Assembly (NCBI GenBank): GCA_964016885.1 | Contig: OZ024746.1 | Location: 2,480,001 to 2,544,000 of the forward strand | Origin: Eledone cirrhosa | Lineage: Eukaryota | Length of the DNA stretch: 64,000 nucleotides | Direction of reading: 5' to 3' | Part shown: in pieces, positions 26,503 through 36,610 of the stretch | How positions within the stretch are numbered: the stretch's first letter is position 1 | Layout: each line of letters opens with the position of its first letter | Made by a program: the position numbers and the translations under genes | Notes under the pieces: model-generated | What the model was told of the DNA's origin: nothing | Seen by the model: only the letters and a program-made list of their open reading frames with translations | Database searches by the model: none

Positions 26503-26604
26503 ATGGCTTCTACAGGACTAGAACTGTTTCATTCGAAAGAAATCATCAGAGCTTTCCTGATGATTTCTTTCCAAATGAAACAGTTCTAGTCCAGTAGAAG
26601 CCAT
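26503..26604. repeat. Inverted repeat (~47-bp arms), each arm carrying a hammerhead-like core
   Basis: ATGGCTTCTAC.GGACTAGAACTGTTTCATT..AAAGAAATCATCAG is mirrored across a 7-nt loop. The right arm has CTGATGA (26557), GAAAC (26577) and GTC (26589). Confidence 0.8.
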
Positions 26605-27170
26605 ATTTATGTGTGTATATTTGAGAAAATATGTGAATGTATATATATATTGAGTGTATATAATGATTTTGCCAATAAAGCTAACAGTTATTTCAGTGAC
26701 AATAGAACATAACGAGCTAATGAAGTTTTTAAAGAAATATTTCCTTTCAGTTTCAATAGGAATCTTTGTTGACTGTTAGCAGGCACAATGTCTTTTGTGT
26801 TGTATTTAAAATAGTACAAAGAAAATATTGAAGTGGCAGTCATTTGAAATGTATGAATATCATCCCTCCATAGAAAAAGACAGGGAAATGTATCGAAGAG
26901 TTACTTTAATGGGAACACTGATAACTGTTCACAGCTTGAATAAGTATGACATCTCAATAATTGGAAGATAAATGCACTTGGTAGCATGTTAAATGTTCTA
27001 GCTAGAACCTTACACTTAATGTGAAGAAAAATAGGGATCTGAGGGACTTATCTGACCCCGCAAAAAATAATGATTCAAATAATTTAATTGAAAAATATAG
27101 TAAAAATAAACTTCTGTCAGTATTGATAGTGTGTGTTCCAGTTGTTTGATCAATGGAATGTTCGACGTAT

Positions 27171-27205
<35 letters not shown>

Positions 27206-27420
27206 CACAAGTATAGCTCTTTTTACAAAACATTTTTTTTTCCATTTCAGGTAGACGCGCTCCATCATCCACTTTTCTAAAAAATAAATCATACACAAAA
27301 CGCCAACACCAACAGTTTTGCAAGAGATGTCAACATGAATGGACCTGTTATTTTTATCTAAAGACATTTTTTCCAATTCCAACCCGCCCATACCCTCAAT
27401 CTATCTTATTTCTCATTCTT

Positions 27421-27456
27421 TCTTCTGATGAAAGACTAGCGTCCGAAACGTTAAGA
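27421..27456 (+). ncRNA. Minimal type I hammerhead ribozyme-like motif (Penelope pLTR type)
   Basis: TCTT-CTGATGA-AA-GAC-TAGC-GTC-C-GAAA-CG-TT-AAGA: stem I TCTT/AAGA, stem II GAC/GTC, palindromic ACGT in place of stem III. Confidence 0.6.
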
Positions 27457-27536
27457 CCCTCTTCCTGCTATATCAAGCGTTAACCTAATATATTCCTTCC
27501 ATATACTGTACCGATTGTGTTGTTTTTTCTGTTTAC

Positions 27537-27570
<34 letters not shown>

Positions 27571-27575
<5 letters not shown>

Positions 27576-28759
27576 CTAAGACTAAAGTTCTAGTTTGTAG
27601 AAAGGAAAATAGGGCACAACAGGTGCCCTCAGGGAAATGGCCATGCTCAGTGTGTAGGAAAAGAGTAGGCAGAAATTCCATTTTATGCAAAGTATGGGTA
27701 CATAAAAGATGTAGTGGGATCACAGGTAAACTATCTAAGAACGTAGACTTTATATGTGGCTGATGCTCAGGTGCAATAAGTAGCAAGTGTCCACAGGATA
27801 CTAGCCCCTTCTATTGCCCTGATGGTTCTATAGAAATAGTCGACACCTTCCGTTACCTGGGTGATGAAATTAGCAGTGGTGGAGCGTGTTCTGAAAGTAC
27901 AGTAGCCAGAGTCAGAATGGGATGGCAAAAGTTCAGAGAGCTTATACCACTGTTGGCCACAAAAGGTTTCTCTCTAAAAATGAAAGGCAGATTGTATGAT
28001 GCCTGTATACGAACAGCAATGTTACATGGCAGTGAGACATGGGCATTACGTGCAGAGGACCTGCGTAGACTGGAAAGGAACGAAGCATGCATGCTCCGTT
28101 GGATGTGTAATAGTAATATACATGAACTAAGAGAGAAATTAGGAATTAGCGGGATCAGATGCTGTTTACTCGAGAGAAGACTACGTTGGTATGGCCACGT
28201 GATGCGCATGAAAGACGACAGCTGTACAAAAAAGTGCAGGCCGATCAAAATTGATGGTAGTTACAGAGTAGGTAGACCTAGAAAAACCTGGGACGATCTG
28301 ATAAATTCTGACCTTACACACTTGCACCTCTCTAAGACAATGTCACTGGACCGAGATCTTTGGCGTTATGCAGTAATACAGAAGACCCGCCTTGCCTATG
28401 TACAAAGCAAAACCTACAGTCAGTAGGCACCTCTTAACCAAATATACACCACAATCCACTACCCCTACCCTATCCTCCCACCAACACCACCCTCTCTCTG
28501 CAAAGTTGGTATCACAACATCCAGTCCAAATAAATGAGATAATGAGATCGAGATCGTGTAGGTAACACAGTAAAAAGTTCCCCAGTTCCACACTGTAAAT
28601 GTGGTTGGTGTTAGGAAGGGCATCCAGCCATAGAAAACCTGCTAGATAGTCCTATATGAGCAAGACACGGTCACCTGACCAACCTTGCCTCAAGTGGGAC
28701 AACTCCTGTCTAACCCATGCTAGCATGGAAGATGGACGTTAAATGAAGATGATGATGAT
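27571..28759 (+). mobile_element. 5'-truncated RTE LINE (related subfamily) with PHD finger, 3' UTR and (GAT)n tail
   Basis: ORFs 27515..27763 and 27917..28426 match the other copies. It starts directly after a (TA)n tract and has an in-frame stop and small deletions. Confidence 0.93.
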
Positions 28760-28763
28760 ATTA

Positions 28764-28973
28764 ATTTATTAAAATAACAGATTAAAGTTTAAGCAAAGAA
28801 TCGCTGCTTTCACCCTTAATGGGATCTTCTGAAGATCCCGTTAAGAGTGAAAGCAGCGATTCTTTGCTTAAGCTTTAATCTGTTATTTTAATAAATATTT
28901 GCTCTAGGGTTCTTATATATTTGATTATATTTATCCTTATCGAGTCCTCTTTGGATTTTAGTCTTCATATTTA

Positions 28974-29023
<50 letters not shown>

Positions 29024-29855
29024 GTGAGTGAGTGAGTGAGTGAGTGAGTGAGTGAGTGAGTGAGTGAGTGAGTGAGTGAGTGAGTGAGTGAGTGTGTGTG
29101 TGTGTGTGTACATTGAACATCTTATACAAAATCACTGCGTGTATACAAATAAATAAATTTGTGTATTTACTTGTAGATATGTGTGTGCGCTTGTTATATA
29201 TGTATTTATTTATTTATATACGTTTATATAATTATTTATTTGTATACACGCATACACACACACACATATTTATATGTGCGTGGTTTTGTATACCTATGGT
29301 AAGTGTTTTGCGTATGCTTGTGTATGTACGTATTTGTTTGCGTGTATGTATTTATTTATTTCTATTACTTCTGTATTGTATTTATTTACTTTGTTCTTAA
29401 CTCTGTAGCGAAGATTCATTCGGTCTCCTAGTTAGAATTTTAGTCTACGACTTCAGCTATACCATTCACGTGGTTTTGTCTTTGCGTGCTATTGTTCTCC
29501 ACGCTCCACATATGACGCATTATCTTCGTTTTTTTCGTTCATTGCCAGAGAACGTCTCTATGAACCACCTAAGAGAACATTAGTCTACGACTTCTTTTAT
29601 ACCATAAACGTGGTTCTGTCTTTGCGCGTAATTGTTTTTCTCCGCTCCTATTAATGACGTATTATATTCGTTTTTTCCCCTTCTTTGCCAGGGAACGTTT
29701 CCACGAACCAAAGTATCGTCTTCCTGTCTTCCTCCAGTTGCAACGTTTTTTGAAATATCCACTTCTGCGTTTACAGATTGACTTTATTAGTTTCAGAAGT
29801 TCCCGTTAAGGGTGAAAGTAGCGATTCTTTGCTTAAACTTTAATCTGTTATTTTA

Positions 29856-29862
<7 letters not shown>
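28764..29862 (+). mobile_element. Putative non-autonomous Penelope-like remnant: 66-bp-arm palindrome (28764-28896) plus a direct copy of the arm at 29794-29862
   Basis: Near-perfect inverted repeat centred at 28830 with CTGAAGA-T-CCC.TTAAG.G-T-GAAA. The same ~68 nt recur in direct orientation before a (TA)n tract. Confidence 0.6.
28978..29109. repeat. (GA)n(GTGA)n(GT)n compound microsatellite
   Basis: Direct inspection. Confidence 0.97.
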
Positions 29863-29905
<43 letters not shown>

Positions 29906-30318
29906 TTTTTTAAAAGACAACGGAAAGGTGGACTTGAAATATTCTTTTAATGTTGTTAAATTACATATTTCTATGGCCTGCTTACATCATCTGATCGTGA
30001 TATAAGACTTTGGTGACATCATCAGGTGTAGATAGCTAAGATTAGGTAATCGATAACTGGATTATGACAAACAGAAACAGGAAATAGACTTGATTTGGAG
30101 ATGGCCTGCCAAGTTGGTGATATTGCTGTGGCAGACTGCTTCATATAGAAGATACTGTATATAAGATGGCTAATAGGTAGAAGCATTAGAGCATGTGACA
30201 GATTGCTTTGCTAACAAGTAGACAGACAGATAGAGAGGTAGGTAGAAAGATAGATAAAGATAGCTATATAGATAGATATATATATGTAGGTATATAGACA
30301 GTTAGGTAGATAAGTAGA

Positions 30319-30710
30319 CTTGGACACTAACATCACAACTTGAGAGGAGATTGGATGGCACATATACCCGCCTCTTAATGAGAGTGTAAAACCTATCCTG
30401 GAAACGACATCCCACCTTGTCTAAAATCTATGGCAAACTCCCTCGAGCCTCTGCCCTTCTAAAATCCCGGAGAGCTCAATTTGCTGGCCACTGTCACCGT
30501 GCCAGCAATGAAATAATATCCGCTCTCTTGCTCTGGAACCCTGACTCCAGCCTGACTAGGAGTAGGAAGCTGTCATTCCCTGACGTTATCTCTAGGGATA
30601 CGGGAATCAGTAGACAGGACCTGGGGGCAGCGATGGGGGACAGGGGATTCTGGGGCATGAGAGTGAGATCCATCATCTCGACAGTAGTTGACGAGTGATG
30701 ATGATGATGA
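30319..30710 (+). mobile_element. 5'-truncated RTE-like LINE of a second family with (TGA)n tail and target-site duplication
   Basis: Translates as LDGTYTRLLMRV*NLSWKRHPT...RRAQFAGHCHR...MGDRGFW. GATAAGTAGA flanks both ends (30309-30318 and 30711-30720), inside a (GATA)n tract. Confidence 0.85.
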
Positions 30711-31965
30711 GATAAGTAGATAGACAGACAGAAAGATAAGATAAACAGACAGATAGATAGATGGATGGATAGACAAATAAGTAGATAGACAGATATTTAG
30801 GTGAATAGATTGATATCTGAAGATAGATTGATAGATGAATAAGTAGATAGCTATTGATAGTTGCTGCTCCCACAACTGATTATTTCCAGTGCGTCTCCCA
30901 TGCCGTCCTCTGGGGAAACACCTTTATTCTGTCCACTGGGGCTGTGAGGAGAGAAGCCGATTATATTACAGATTCTGTTGAATAGTCTTAAATACTTCAA
31001 TACCCTAGTAGACGGCTTGCAACAGAATTCTACAAATCGTGAAGACAGGAATTAGGACAGGTTTTATGCCATTAAAAACACTTCATTCTATATTCTGGGC
31101 TTAAATTATTAGGATGTAACATATGAAATGTTGATTTTATTTTTTAAAGAAAAAGTAAATGAGATTAAATATAACACTTTAAACTGATCATTTGTGAACA
31201 TTGTGTGAGATAGAGAGGTAGGATGGAAGATATAAAATTACCATTTCACAAATAAATCTATATTTTAGTTCTTAACCATAATAAATACATGTTGACTATG
31301 GCTAATTGAGTGATATGACAATAGGTTGCCTCCATGCTAAAAGATGGTTGAAGCAGGGGTGACTTCAGTAAAATATCAAACGAAAGTTCTCTGAACATCA
31401 CATAAGAAGTGATAAGTGAACTGACGATGAGGCTGTAAGAGTCCTAGAAACATCACAAGAATAGGAAAAAAATTGTTGATAAAATGAAATGTCTGGTTAG
31501 TTCGACATAAGTCAATCATAGTAAACTAGCTGGACTATGAAAAAATTTTCACAGATAATCCTCTCTCTATAAATATATTAAAACCCCCTCTCTCTCTATA
31601 TATAAACCCATCCCTTTCTCAATTAAAACTACCCTCTCTATATATATAACCCCCTCTCTCTCTATATATATATTATAACCCCCTTCTCTCTATATATAAT
31701 AACCCATCCCTTTCTCTATATTATAACCCCCTCTCTTTCTCCTTTCCAAACGTTGCAATGCTCTTTGATTTTCTTTGGCCGTAGACTGTCGTAGATTGTT
31801 TACCACCCCCCTTCCATTGTTTTACTGAAAGCGTGACACACACGGTTGGACGTACGTACGGTCCGCAGGTACAAGCGTATTAATATATAGATATTAATTG
31901 AAAAAAAAAAAAAAATGGTATTATATGCAAAAAAACAAAAAATAATAAATTGATCTAATCTTTAC

Positions 31966-32061
31966 TAGCTTTGAGGACATCTGGTCAGTGAAAATATACG
32001 GCAGAATATAAACTTGAAACCAAGTTTTGTATGTGTTCTGGTGCAGGTATATGGACATTTT
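31966..32061 (-). CDS. Probable Cys-rich internal exon (KCPYTCTRTHTKLGFKFIFCRIFSLTRCPQS), EMI-like spacing
   Basis: Strong acceptor (ttaat branch-like site, ttgttttcattttcag|). The open frame starts in phase 2, matching the signal-peptide exon, and has four Cys. The donor TA|gtaaag is weak; without splicing the frame ends at TAG. Confidence 0.5.
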
Positions 32062-32812
32062 CTGAAAATGAAAACAAATGTAATTAAGATTAATTAAACG
32101 TTTAATCAAGAAGTTACTAAATATAATTTTTGAAAAATTTTAAGAAATTTTAATCAAAGACATTATGTGCAGGCGACACTCCTTTAAACACTAACATAAC
32201 TATTTTAATTTTGAATTTATTAATATTATAAATAAGTCAGATGGTCAATCACCTTATGTGTACTGACTATAAGTCATACCTCTTGCTTCTACTGTAAATT
32301 ATCACATAAATTAGATACATTTCTGTTGACCCTTGTGATATGCAACCAATTGTTGCACTTAGTGGGGAATTCATGGTCGTTTTTGTTTCCCTTTTTTCTT
32401 TTTTTCTTTCTCTTGCTTTGATCATATATTTTGGTGTGTTATATTTGTAAGGTTCCTAGCAGTAATTAATTGTATTTATCATATGTGTTTGTATTTTCAT
32501 TCTGAAAGAATTGTGAACAATTTGTAATGTTATTTAGACACCTATGAATAAAGTGTTTTATATGTTCATATCTAATTAAACTGGTTCATGTTTTTACTAT
32601 CTACAACTTATTCTTGTAAGCTAACAATGGCTAACGCTGTGTGCAGGTATAATTACTGCTACACTTTGGTGTAAAAATAAGCCTAAGAAGTAATTTTTAT
32701 ATTTTGTTCTAATAAACTTACCTTCTTTTCCCTTACCATCCTCTAGGGAAACTCCTTCTCCAATGTCTGCTGGGGCCGTGGGGTGGCCAACATGTAGGAT
32801 TCCATTTGCATA

Positions 32813-33356
32813 GTGAGAGATGAGGAGGGCGAGAGAGATGGAGGTAATGACAGTGGGAGTTCAGGTCCTCTGTGTTTGGACCTGGTGTATGTGTGGGGAG
32901 GGCGAGAGAGATGGAGGTGATGACAGTGGGAGTTCAGGTCCTCTGTGTTTGGACTTGGGTTACATGAGAGATGGGGAGGGTGAGAGAGATGGAGGTGATG
33001 ACAGTGGGAGTTCAGGTCCTCTGTGTTTGGACTTGGGTTACATGAGAGATGGGGAGGGTGAGAGAGATGGAGGTGATGACAGTGGGTGTTCAGGTCCTCT
33101 GTGTTTGGACTTGGGTTACATGAGAGATGGGGAGGGTGAGAGAGATGGAGGTGATGACAGTGGGTGTTCAGGTCCTCTGTGTTTGGACTTGGGTTACATG
33201 AGAGATGGGGAGGGTGAGAGAGATGGAGGTGATGACAGTGGGTGTTCAGGTCCTCTGTGTTTGGACTTGGGTTACATGAGAGATGGGGAGGGTGAGAGAG
33301 ATGGAGGTGATGACAGTGGGTGTTCAGGTCCTCTGTGTTTGGACTTGGGTTACATG
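32813..33356. repeat. 78-bp tandem repeat, about 7 copies
   Basis: Unit GAGAGATGGGGAGGGTGAGAGAGATGGAGGTGATGACAGTGGG(A/T)GTTCAGGTCCTCTGTGTTTGGACTTGGGTTACAT; seen as a 26-aa periodicity in ORF 32820..33380. Confidence 0.95.
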
Positions 33357-33485
33357 TATGCTTATTGTCTTATCATATAGACATATTTATTCTCTTTACA
33401 GGGTATGATGCTTTTTTATCTGTTTCTTAATATTTATATTTTATTATATATCTAATATATTTTTTTATTTATAAAGTGTGTTTTA

Positions 33486-33707
33486 TTAACCCTTTAGCAT
33501 TCATATTACTCTATATATACTATTATATTTTTATGGTTTATCTCAAATAATTATCTCACATAATATCGAATCTATGAGATTTTGATGTTATTTATCTTGA
33601 GAACAATACCTTAAAGTCAGTATGAGTAGCAAGTTACGGCTGGTTTGAACCGAAAGAGATGAGAGAATTCTGGCCAGATATGGCCGGTTTAAATGCTAAA
33701 GGGTTAA
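33486..33707. mobile_element. piggyBac-like MITE, family 1
   Basis: TTAA-CCCTTTAGCATT ... AATGCTAAAGGG-TTAA, perfect 12-bp terminal inverted repeats. Confidence 0.85.
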
Positions 33708-33806
33708 ACCTTGTTAATGTGATGATGTATTTTTGTTTATTTATCTTATTTATTTTTGGGAAGTTAAGCAGCTTGAAAACTAATCACATAGCTCCAAATT
33801 CAAAAT

Positions 33807-34006
33807 TTGACCCTTTCATGACCGTATTTCTAATTAATTAATGAAACATTTTGAGGGATTTACTAAAATTATTAATTATTTCATTACTAAATTACTAAGA
33901 TAGTAACTTAATGTAAGATTCTTATATAAAATTATGTTGGTAGATTTTAATTTAAATTGGAAACCTTTAAAATGCGTGATTTTATTGTTGGTAACAAAAG
34001 GGTTAA
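33807..34006. mobile_element. piggyBac-like MITE, family 2
   Basis: TTGA-CCCTTT ... AAAGGG-TTAA; inverted relative of 16695-17027. Confidence 0.6.
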
Positions 34007-34342
34007 TACTGTTCTGGAAGGCAGGCTATTTTTGTTTTGTCTTTCTGCCTATGTCAATAAATATATAATCAAATTATATATATTATTGTGTCACAAACAG
34101 ATCAACATAGAATATAATATTGCAAATCTATATCTTTATCAATTAAATAAAAAAATATCTATCTATGTACTTATTTGTATGCCTGCCTATCTATCCTTCC
34201 ACCATAGAGTAAACATAAAAGAATAATAAAAATAAAACTTGAAATATATAATTTAAAGAAACAAAAGCGAAATAATTTTATTTTATTTGGTGTTGCTGGC
34301 TGCTTTTATTACAATTATGAAAACAATTAAATCAAAATAATA

Positions 34343-34527
34343 TAAATAATTGTTTCTACTTTAGGCACAAGGCCAGCAATTATCCCAGTGTATTACTGGT
34401 ACTTTATTTTATCGACCCCGTAAGAATGAAAGGCAAAGTGAACCTCAGCGGGATTTGAACTCAGACCATCAAGGGGCGTAACTCTTTGCGTCAAAGCATG
34501 GCGTCCGACCTACTGATACTGCCAATC
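34343..34527 (-). mobile_element. SINE family A
   Basis: Same consensus as the other copies. Confidence 0.85.
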
Positions 34528-34734
34528 CCCCATACAGGGAAAATAATATAAATCATAAACTCAGTAATGACAAAAAAGGGGGGCGGGGAAGGGGGTAAAG
34601 AAAGGCAGATCTGGCTGTATAGGAAAGTAAAGGATTCTAAATGCCATAAATGATAAAAGGAGGGAAAGAGCAACGAAAAGCCATAAAAGAAAGAGAAGGT
34701 GACAGGCTCGATGCCTAGGTTGGGGTGGTGTTTT

Positions 34735-34990
34735 AGCTGCACCCCGACGACAAATCTGCAAAGACATTTCTGTGGACAATGGCGAGTGACACCTGTTGTA
34801 ACAGACACTCCATCTCGTGGGTCTCCTTCCTCAGACAGGTTGCTGATGGTTCGATTTTACAGAGGAGCTCGGCTGTACCGGGACCAAGGATGCCTGAGAT
34901 CTCGATGGATGGATGCAAAGAGGAAGTGGCCAAACAAGCCCCAATATTTGCTTGTCTTCTTGTCCTCTGCATTGCTGGCTGCAGACCTGG
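34735..34990 (-). mobile_element. Fragment of a CRE-like RLE non-LTR retrotransposon C-terminus
   Basis: Minus-strand PSIEISGILGPGTAELLCKI...KETHEMECLLQQVSLAIVHRNVF resembles the CRE-type ending P.A.ET.G..G..A..L...L.QRLS.A.QRGNA, compared from memory. The island is GC-richer than its surroundings. Confidence 0.55.
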
Positions 34991-35667
34991 AGTTTGTGGC
35001 GAAAGCAACTTTAGCGTAATTGTTATTGAAATAAATGTTGGTGAGTTATACATTTTAATTGTGTCACTGGTTGTTGTTTTTATTATTTTCACAAAATTAA
35101 TTTTGATTCTCTTTGAAATGTTTGTTGGTAAGAATTTGTTACCTGAGGGCTGCAAGTTAAAACATTTTTACGATCCTACTTCTTACAATCAAACTGAGCA
35201 AATGTGAATTTCAATAAAGGCCTGAGTTTTGGTGGGAGGCATCACAACCTTACAATGGTGCACCCACAAGAGCAATCTCATGGTGTGAAAGGCTTATTAA
35301 ATAATATGACAGCTACATTTAAGTGTAAGGCATGTATGGAGGATGTTGAGCTGGATTTTGGAAATGGTGTGAAGATGGTAAATGTTGTCTTGGAAAAAAA
35401 TTGAATAGAGGAAGTGGATTGTGATACTGGCTAGAATGAAATGTACATGGAAAACATTCTGGAAACCGGGCAAAAACTATATAGTTAAATCTACACTCTT
35501 GTACCTGCAACCTTACATTAAAACTATCTTGACCCAGCTAGTCTATGGATCATGTCAATAGAATGGTGAGATGTTGTGTAGAGCTATTAGCTTCCTAAAC
35601 TACTTCTACTCTTACTCTGGCTACTGCATTCTCTCATCATTCTCCTTCACTGTTGATTAGGTCAACA

Positions 35668-36045
35668 ACTCTTGAGTCTCAAATAATCACCCCTCCTATT
35701 GCTTTTTATGTTTTCAGATATTTTCAACCCACCTCTCTTATTCTAAACCCTACCCTCCACTTATTAAAGTTTGTTAATCTATCTTCAATAAAATTTTGTT
35801 TTAAGTAGTAGCATTCCTGTGACAATTTTCTTTATACATTAAAAACATTATAAATGACAAAAAAAGAACATTACTAGAAATGCCATATATTATAGAATAA
35901 ATAGGATGGGTTTAGGTGTCAATATGTTAAGTAAACGACTAATTCTGTTTTTTTTTTTTTAAATCAACAGAGAACCTAGAAAAATTATCGATCCCCCCCC
36001 CCCCCGCTCATTCCAACTCCCCTTATTATTTTGGACCCAAGAGTA
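35668..36045. mobile_element. ~375-bp MITE-like element, second copy at ~62700-63074
   Basis: Imperfect terminal inverted repeats ACTCTTGAGTCTCAAATAAT / ATTATTTTGGACCCAAGAGTA and a colinear interior (AATCTATCTTCA...GTAGCATTCCTGT.ACAATT...AAATCAACAGAGA) at both sites. Confidence 0.7.
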
Positions 36046-36099
36046 AATAGCAAAATTGTTTACTTTTCAGGAGCCACTCAGGTAATTAAGGGAATCTCT

Positions 36100-36330
36100 T
36101 GCAAGTGCCTTCATTGTGCCTGTTTCTCCTGTGTATCGATCTACCTTCTCTGATAAACTACCTGTAATTCCATCACATCTCTTGTGTGTCTAAAGATTAC
36201 ACTGTGTACACCTTATGGAGTTTCTGCCAACCCCTTTTTGTCATATCAAGCAAGGGCTAGTATCAAAGTCCTGTCATCTTTCCTACATATTAAGATCTAC
36301 TAAGTTTATATGTAAGCTTTTCAATTCTAA
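36100..36330 (-). mobile_element. Old RTE fragment (PHD-finger region)
   Basis: The reverse complement reads PCLI*QKGVGRNSIRCTQCNL*THKRCDGITG. Confidence 0.65.
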
Positions 36331-36610
36331 CATTTCTACAAATTCAGGTGTAAGTGATAAGAAACTCTCAGGAGAGTTGGGCAATAGAAGGTTTTCAGAG
36401 AAGACACCCCACTCATGTAAGTGCTTTGACCCTTAAGTAATCTAAATATGTGTGTCTGATGAGGATGGCCCTTTGAATTATAGGAACAACTCATTTTTAC
36501 TAGCAGAATGGACTGGAACAACATAGTGCATTGTTCAATGACATAATCCGCTTCTGGGAATCAATATCACAATTGAATTATCATCAGCTGATCAGTCTAA
36601 CCACTAAGCT

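Noticed and set aside
29960-30030. Minus-strand CTGATGA ... GAAA near a (TA)n tract
   Set aside because: No convincing stem I or stem II could be paired.
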